This document shows positions 58,452 through 64,000 of a stretch of 64,000 nt of DNA, in pieces. The translations under genes and the position numbers were made by a program. Position 1 is the stretch's first letter. Each line of letters begins with the position of its first letter. Below the pieces are notes generated by a model. The model was not told where the DNA came from. It worked only from the letters and a program-made list of their open reading frames with translations, and searched no databases. The stretch comes from the human T2T-CHM13v2.0 reference genome, Homo sapiens. The stretch lies in assembly GCF_009914755.1 (NCBI RefSeq), contig NC_060928.1; one strand, written 5' to 3'.

Positions 58452-58557
58452 GCAGAGGCAGGAAGACTGCTTGAGCCCAGGAATTAGAGGCTGTAGTGAG
58501 CTATGATTGCACCACTGCACTCCAGCCTGGTCACAGAGCAAGACCCTGTCTCTAAAA

Positions 58558-58608
<51 letters not shown>
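58452..58608 (+). mobile_element. AluJ/FRAM fragment with (CA)n tail
   Basis: 'ctgcttgagcccagg...gtgagctatgattgcaccactgcac'; (CA)n 58560-58608. Confidence 0.85.
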
Positions 58609-58611
<3 letters not shown>

Positions 58612-58696
58612 TTAAATTAATGATTTTGCTAGGATGAAAGCAAGACAAAACTGAGAAAGTTTCTTGGAATGAAGATTTGAAAAGACAAGAAGAGAT

Positions 58697-58990
<294 letters not shown>

Positions 58991-59304
58991 AAAGACAAGA
59001 AGAGATAAAAACAATGGAAGAATAGCCAAATATATAGATAACAGAATCAAAATAAGCAGAGTTCCTGAAAAAGATATCTGAACAAAATGAATATTAACCA
59101 AAGATACGTTTTCATCACTCACTCAAACATTGCTGCTAAACACCTGAATAAGTGCAATAATTGTCATCTTTGATATTTTGTACTGTGTCATATACAAACC
59201 ACAATGTTACATATCTTTCTTAATATCATTATAATGAAAAGTTATTTGCCGAAGTAAGAAGATGGAATATATTTGAAGTTTGCTAGCTTGATTCAAATAT
59301 TATA

Positions 59305-59612
59305 TTTTATTTTTTATTTTCTCTTTGTTTTTCTTTGAGACAGTGTCTCACTCAGTCACCCAGGCTGGAGTGCAGTGGCACAATCACATCTCACTGCAGC
59401 CTCAACCTACCAGGGCTCATGTGATCCTCCCACGTCAGCCTCCTTTGCAGCTGGGACTAGAGGACTGTGCCACCACACCCGACTGATTTTTTTGTAAAGA
59501 CAGGGCCTCACTTTGTTGCCCAAGCTGGTCTCAAACTCCTGGGCTCAAGTGATCCTCCCGCCTCAGCCTCCTAAAGTGCTAGGATTATAGGTATGAGCCA
59601 CTGTGCTCAGCC
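59305..59612 (-). mobile_element. AluJ
   Basis: Antisense dimer; TSD attcaa(a/g)tatt. Confidence 0.88.
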
Positions 59613-60190
59613 AATTCAAGTATTTTAAATAGTTAGACATATTATATGTGGATCTTCATTTGAACTCTTGCCTTGGGGCCTACAGCTGCAAACATTAGGG
59701 GGTGGGCCTGAATGCAATTTTTAAATGCCAAGAATAATTAAGCAATATCTATAAAGTTTTCAAAGAAAAACATTGCAACCAAAGGATTTTAAATTATTTA
59801 TACCTATTCAAGTTTCCTTTAACATGTAAGAGAAATGAAAGAATATTTCAGATATTCAAAGGCTGAAAAATATACCATCTATGAATCCTTCTTGGAAAAA
59901 TTATATAAAGACCAAACATCCCAAAATACAGAGCTCAAGATTAGGAGATTTCAGAGAAGATGGCCATATGAATGTGTTCCTGCCATTCGACACTCTTTAC
60001 TCCAGCCCAGCAACAACTGCTTCCCCAAGTAGGTAGGTATGGACTATGTGAGCTAACCCTCAGGTCTGCTTAGATCATTTCAGATAGAGTGAACTTAGGA
60101 CTTTCCCTTCCAGGCCAGATGAAGTCATGGGGACCTGTAAAAAGAACAAGAGCCTTAGGATGAGAATTGAAAAGTCACCCATATATGCTT

Positions 60191-60496
60191 GGCTGGCTCA
60201 CGCCTGCAATCCCACTACGTTGGGAGGCTGAGGAGGGCAGATCACCTGAGATCAGGAGTTCAAGACGAGCCTGGCCAACCTAGTGAAACCCCTGTCTCTA
60301 CCAAAAATACAAAAATGAGCCAGGCGTGGTGGTGGGCGCCTGTAATCCCAGCTACTCAGGCTGTTGAGGCATGAGAATCACTTGAACCTGGGAGGCGGAG
60401 GTTGCAGTGAGTTAAGATTGCACCACTGCACTCCTGCCTGGGCAACAGAGGGAGACTCCATCTCAAAAAAAAAAGAAAAAGAAAAAGAAAAAAAAA
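60191..60496 (+). mobile_element. AluSx-like
   Basis: Dimer with small 5' deletion; A-tail. Confidence 0.88.
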
Positions 60497-60929
60497 TGTC
60501 ACTGATGTAAGATCATACCAGATCTCATGAACATTTCTTTTTGAATCTCTGGCCCTTGGGGACCTGTGGAAAACTGACAGGTAGATTGGATCCCTGCTGC
60601 CCAGAATCTGAGAAGTCAAGGGAATAGAGCATTGTCAGCAGTGAATAAACACCTTCTGGCTTAGGTGCCAGTGGGCTGCAAGATAGAAAACGACAGTGCC
60701 TCTCAGAACTAGTGGAGTTGCACTAGAGGGACACCAGCATCAGGACTTTAGCTCTGAGCAAGGGTGTAGCCATGAAGAGTAAAAGGAAAATAACAAGACC
60801 CCTAACCTAGCAGCCAGAGTGAGGAGGCGGGCAGAACCGCTATTACCTCCCAAAACAGAATTACTGGAGGACAAAGAAGCCATCTTGAACAAACCAAAAA
60901 AAGTGCTTAAGAAAACCTGATTACAAATC

Positions 60930-61340
60930 ACAAACCATGGGTTTTAAACTTAGAAAATAAGTAGATGAATTGAAGCAGAGAAAGGTCACTATTTAGATTT
61001 CAAATGGTGAAATGTAAAGGTCAGGTTGAAGGCCTAGCTCAAAGCATTCAGCAAACATGCAAAAAATTGGGACTCATGAGAGAAAAAATAAAGACTACCA
61101 GGACAGATCCAGAGCATCTCTCATAAAAAATGACAGGAGTGCCAAGAGAAGTTAAAGAAGTATAGATGAAGGAAAGGCAATAATTAAACAAATTAATAAA
61201 AGAAAACTGAAGTCTGCAAATTAAAGGGGTCCACTAAGTCCCAGTTAGGATTGTCAGAAAAAACATACACACCTACACATGACTTCATAAAACTCTGTAC
61301 TCCAAGGATAAAATCATACAAACTTCCAAATTGAAAGAAA
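60930..61340 (+). mobile_element. Ancient L1/HAL1 ORF1-like fragment
   Basis: 'ggacagatccagagcatct...caggagtgccaagagaag', 'agtctgcaaattaaaggggtccactaagtccc'. Confidence 0.45.
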
Positions 61341-61529
61341 AAGAGAGCATAAGAGAGAGAAAAAGAGTCATTTTCTTACCCCTCCAAAAAAAAGATTTCT
61401 TTCTTAATCAAGTTTGAGTCCTTTCTTGAACATTTGGCTAAAATGCTGTAGGTGGTTTGTATGGTCTCTGAATATTTACATATCTGGAAATTATTTTTCA
61501 TTCAGCAAGTAAAGGATATCTTAGCTGTG

Positions 61530-61708
61530 TAACAGACATTTATATAATACTTACAATGTGCCAGGCCCTCTTCTCAGCACTTTAGAAATATTAACCCTCC
61601 TAATTCTCATAACAATCCCATGAGATTGTTATAATCCCCATTTTAACAGAATGGAAGTACAGAGGTTAAGAAACTTACCCAAGGTCACAAGCTAGTAAGT
61701 GGCAAAAC
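61530..61708 (-). mobile_element. MIR
   Basis: 'ccccattttaacaga...agaggttaagaaacttacccaaggtcacaagctagtaagtggc'. Confidence 0.85.
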
Positions 61709-62174
61709 CTTTTCTCTTTGTTACTGTCAGTCCATGTGCATCTAATATTAAAAGCCATACACTGAATAAAGAGAGGCATCATATAAAGTAGCAATTCATG
61801 TGGATATAATGGTCATTAACTTGTATGAACTAACATACATACATAGATTTGTATCACAGTTTTTGGATGAGAAAAAGTACTATAACTAAAGTCAATAAAC
61901 AATATGCTTGCAAAAGTATTTATAATGCAAAACAAATAGTTAAATAGCTCTTAGAAAACAGTAGTAAAAAAGCAACTTGACAGAAAAATGTCCTAAGAAA
62001 GTAAATATGCAGAAAAGTAAATACAAATACATACATGAAAAGATGTTCAAAATACCACTATGCAGAGAAATATAAAGTAACAATGACAAATTACTTTACA
62101 TCCATTAGATTATCAAGAACGAAGAGCTTTAGTTAACATGTTACCAAAGTTGTTACTGTAGCTTATAGAGGCTA

Positions 62175-62650
62175 ATGTAATCCAAACCCAGACCATCCCT
62201 TCTGACCTCATTTCTTTCTACTTCTCCCTTATCACTCCACCCCAGCCACACTATCCAGCTAGTGACCTTCACACAAAGCACGGCTCCCTTTTCCTGAAAC
62301 ACTCATTCCTTAGATACAACTCTGGCTTGCTCCTTAATTCAGGTCTTTGGCCAAAAGTCAACTGCTCAGAAATTTGCCCTGATCACTCAACAATCTTATA
62401 TATAATGCTCCTTCCATACTGCTCCATGTGCTGACCCTACTTTATTTGCCTCACAACACTTATCAGTTACCTACCATAACTGACTTGCTTATTGCATTTG
62501 TATAATACTTATTTTATTGTATTCATTTGTTTATTGCCTGTCTCCCTTAGTAGGAGACAGGAACTTTTTCACTCTAGCACCTAGAACAGTGCCAGGAACA
62601 TGGCAGACACTCAGTAGACACTGACAGAATGAACAAACATGCAATGAACA
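62175..62650 (+). mobile_element. L2a 3' end
   Basis: 'cacctagaacagtgccaggaacatggcagacactcagtaga...gaatgaa'. Confidence 0.75.
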
Positions 62651-63255
62651 AACACTGACCACTAGAACAGATGCTAATAAAATGGAACTCTTCTATACTC
62701 ATGGAGAATATGCGGATTTATAACAGCATTTCTGAGTTTCTGTAAAATGATGCATATGTATGATAATATTCCCCTTAACTGAGCAGTAGGTCACCATCTG
62801 CATAATCTAAATAAACTTCCAAATATAAGGACAAATGTAAAAGAAGAATATCTATAACAACACTACTTATAGTGGAAAAAACTAGAAACAAGAGTGAATC
62901 CTCAGCAATAAGGATATAATTAAGTAAAATGTGTTACATACACAGCGTAGTTTATGCAGGCTTTAAAAGAACTGAAATTAGATCTATGCCTGTTTTCTTA
63001 GAAGGATCTGTACTACATATTAAGCAAGAAAAGCAAGATTCAGGTGTTTATACTATGAACCCATTTTATGAAACAATGACTAAACCTCCACTCTATACAT
63101 ATACATATATTAGCCTAGTGAAAGGGAGGTACCAGTGTTGATAATGCTCATGTGGAGCTTGGGCAAGGTAAGGAAAAACATAATGCTCTTTTGAAAAATG
63201 TCCACACCAAAATCAACACAAATGATACAGTCCCCATTATGTACAATTATACATG

Positions 63256-63752
63256 TGTGGCAGATACCATAGGTTGTCTGTCCAACAGCCACTCCTGATC
63301 ATTCTTCCTTGCTATCAAAGCTTACCTCTCAATATAGTAGCAGAAAATGCCAGAAACACTTGTTCCCTTTCTCCCTTGTAGTTGAAGGATGACCATGTAA
63401 CCTGACCAATGGGAACTAAAAATCTGCTAGAGTCTCCTAGGAAGCATATTGTTTCCCCTTGAAAAGAGAGACGTGAAGAGAAGCAGCTCATTTCCTTGCT
63501 TCAAGCTTTTGAACATAGTTATCTGAGGAAGTTATGACTGAAGCTGGTAGAGCCATCCTGTGACTATGCCGGGAAGGCAAGATCAAGAGAAGTCAATCCA
63601 AAGCCCTGACTCTGCTAAACTGCTGTCAATCCTAGAACTGTCATCTCCAGCCTTCTTATTACATGTTATATATTTAATGAATACATTTCTATTGTTGACG
63701 TTACTTTCAGTCAAGTATTTGGGTCAACTGCAGCCCAACATCTTAACTAACC
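63256..63752 (+). mobile_element. MLT1J-like LTR
   Basis: 'tgtggcagataccataggttgtctgtccaacagccactcc...ctgcagcccaacatcttaactaa'. Confidence 0.6.
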
Positions 63753-63797
63753 CTGTATCTATGTGAATTTTATGAGTCCATAAAAATTTGACCACGA

Positions 63798-64000
63798 GGC
63801 CAGGCGCAGTGGTTCATGACTATAATCCCAGTACTTTGGAAGGCCAAGACCAGTGGATAACTTGAGCCTATGAGTTCAAGACCAGCCTGGGCAACATGGT
63901 AAAACCCTACCTGTAGAAAAATATATATACATACAAAAATTACCTGGGACTGGTGATGCAGGCCTGTAGCCCCAGCTACCTGGGAGGCTGAGGTGGGAGG
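63798..64000 (+). mobile_element. AluJ (cut by window end)
   Basis: Left arm, linker and start of right arm. Confidence 0.88.

Overview
Primate (human-like; AluY present) non-coding, repeat-dense DNA. I find no supportable protein-coding exon, RNA gene or CRISPR array. Every long ORF in the track comes from Alu, L1, THE1, Hsmar1, MER41 or microsatellite sequence. The window holds about 30 Alus, L1 fragments of many ages, L2/MIR relics, several MaLR/ERVL solo LTRs, a full-length THE1A provirus with TSD, an internally deleted Hsmar1 and a MER20. The main result is two independent MER41 endogenous-retrovirus copies, 13897-19663 (+, MER41A-type) and 45337-50300 (-, MER41B-type). Neither is a provirus: each has the RNA-genome layout R-U5-internal-U3-R-polyA with a long target-site duplication, consistent with LINE-1 retroposition of the ERV transcript. 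Both start and end at the same LTR positions, and the MER41B copy keeps its tandem GAS/STAT1 sites. Several local template-switch insertions are also visible, including a 105/106 bp inverted copy inside an L1 TSD and a 35/38 bp inverted copy inside an Alu. Subfamily names come from recalled consensus features, not from a database search.
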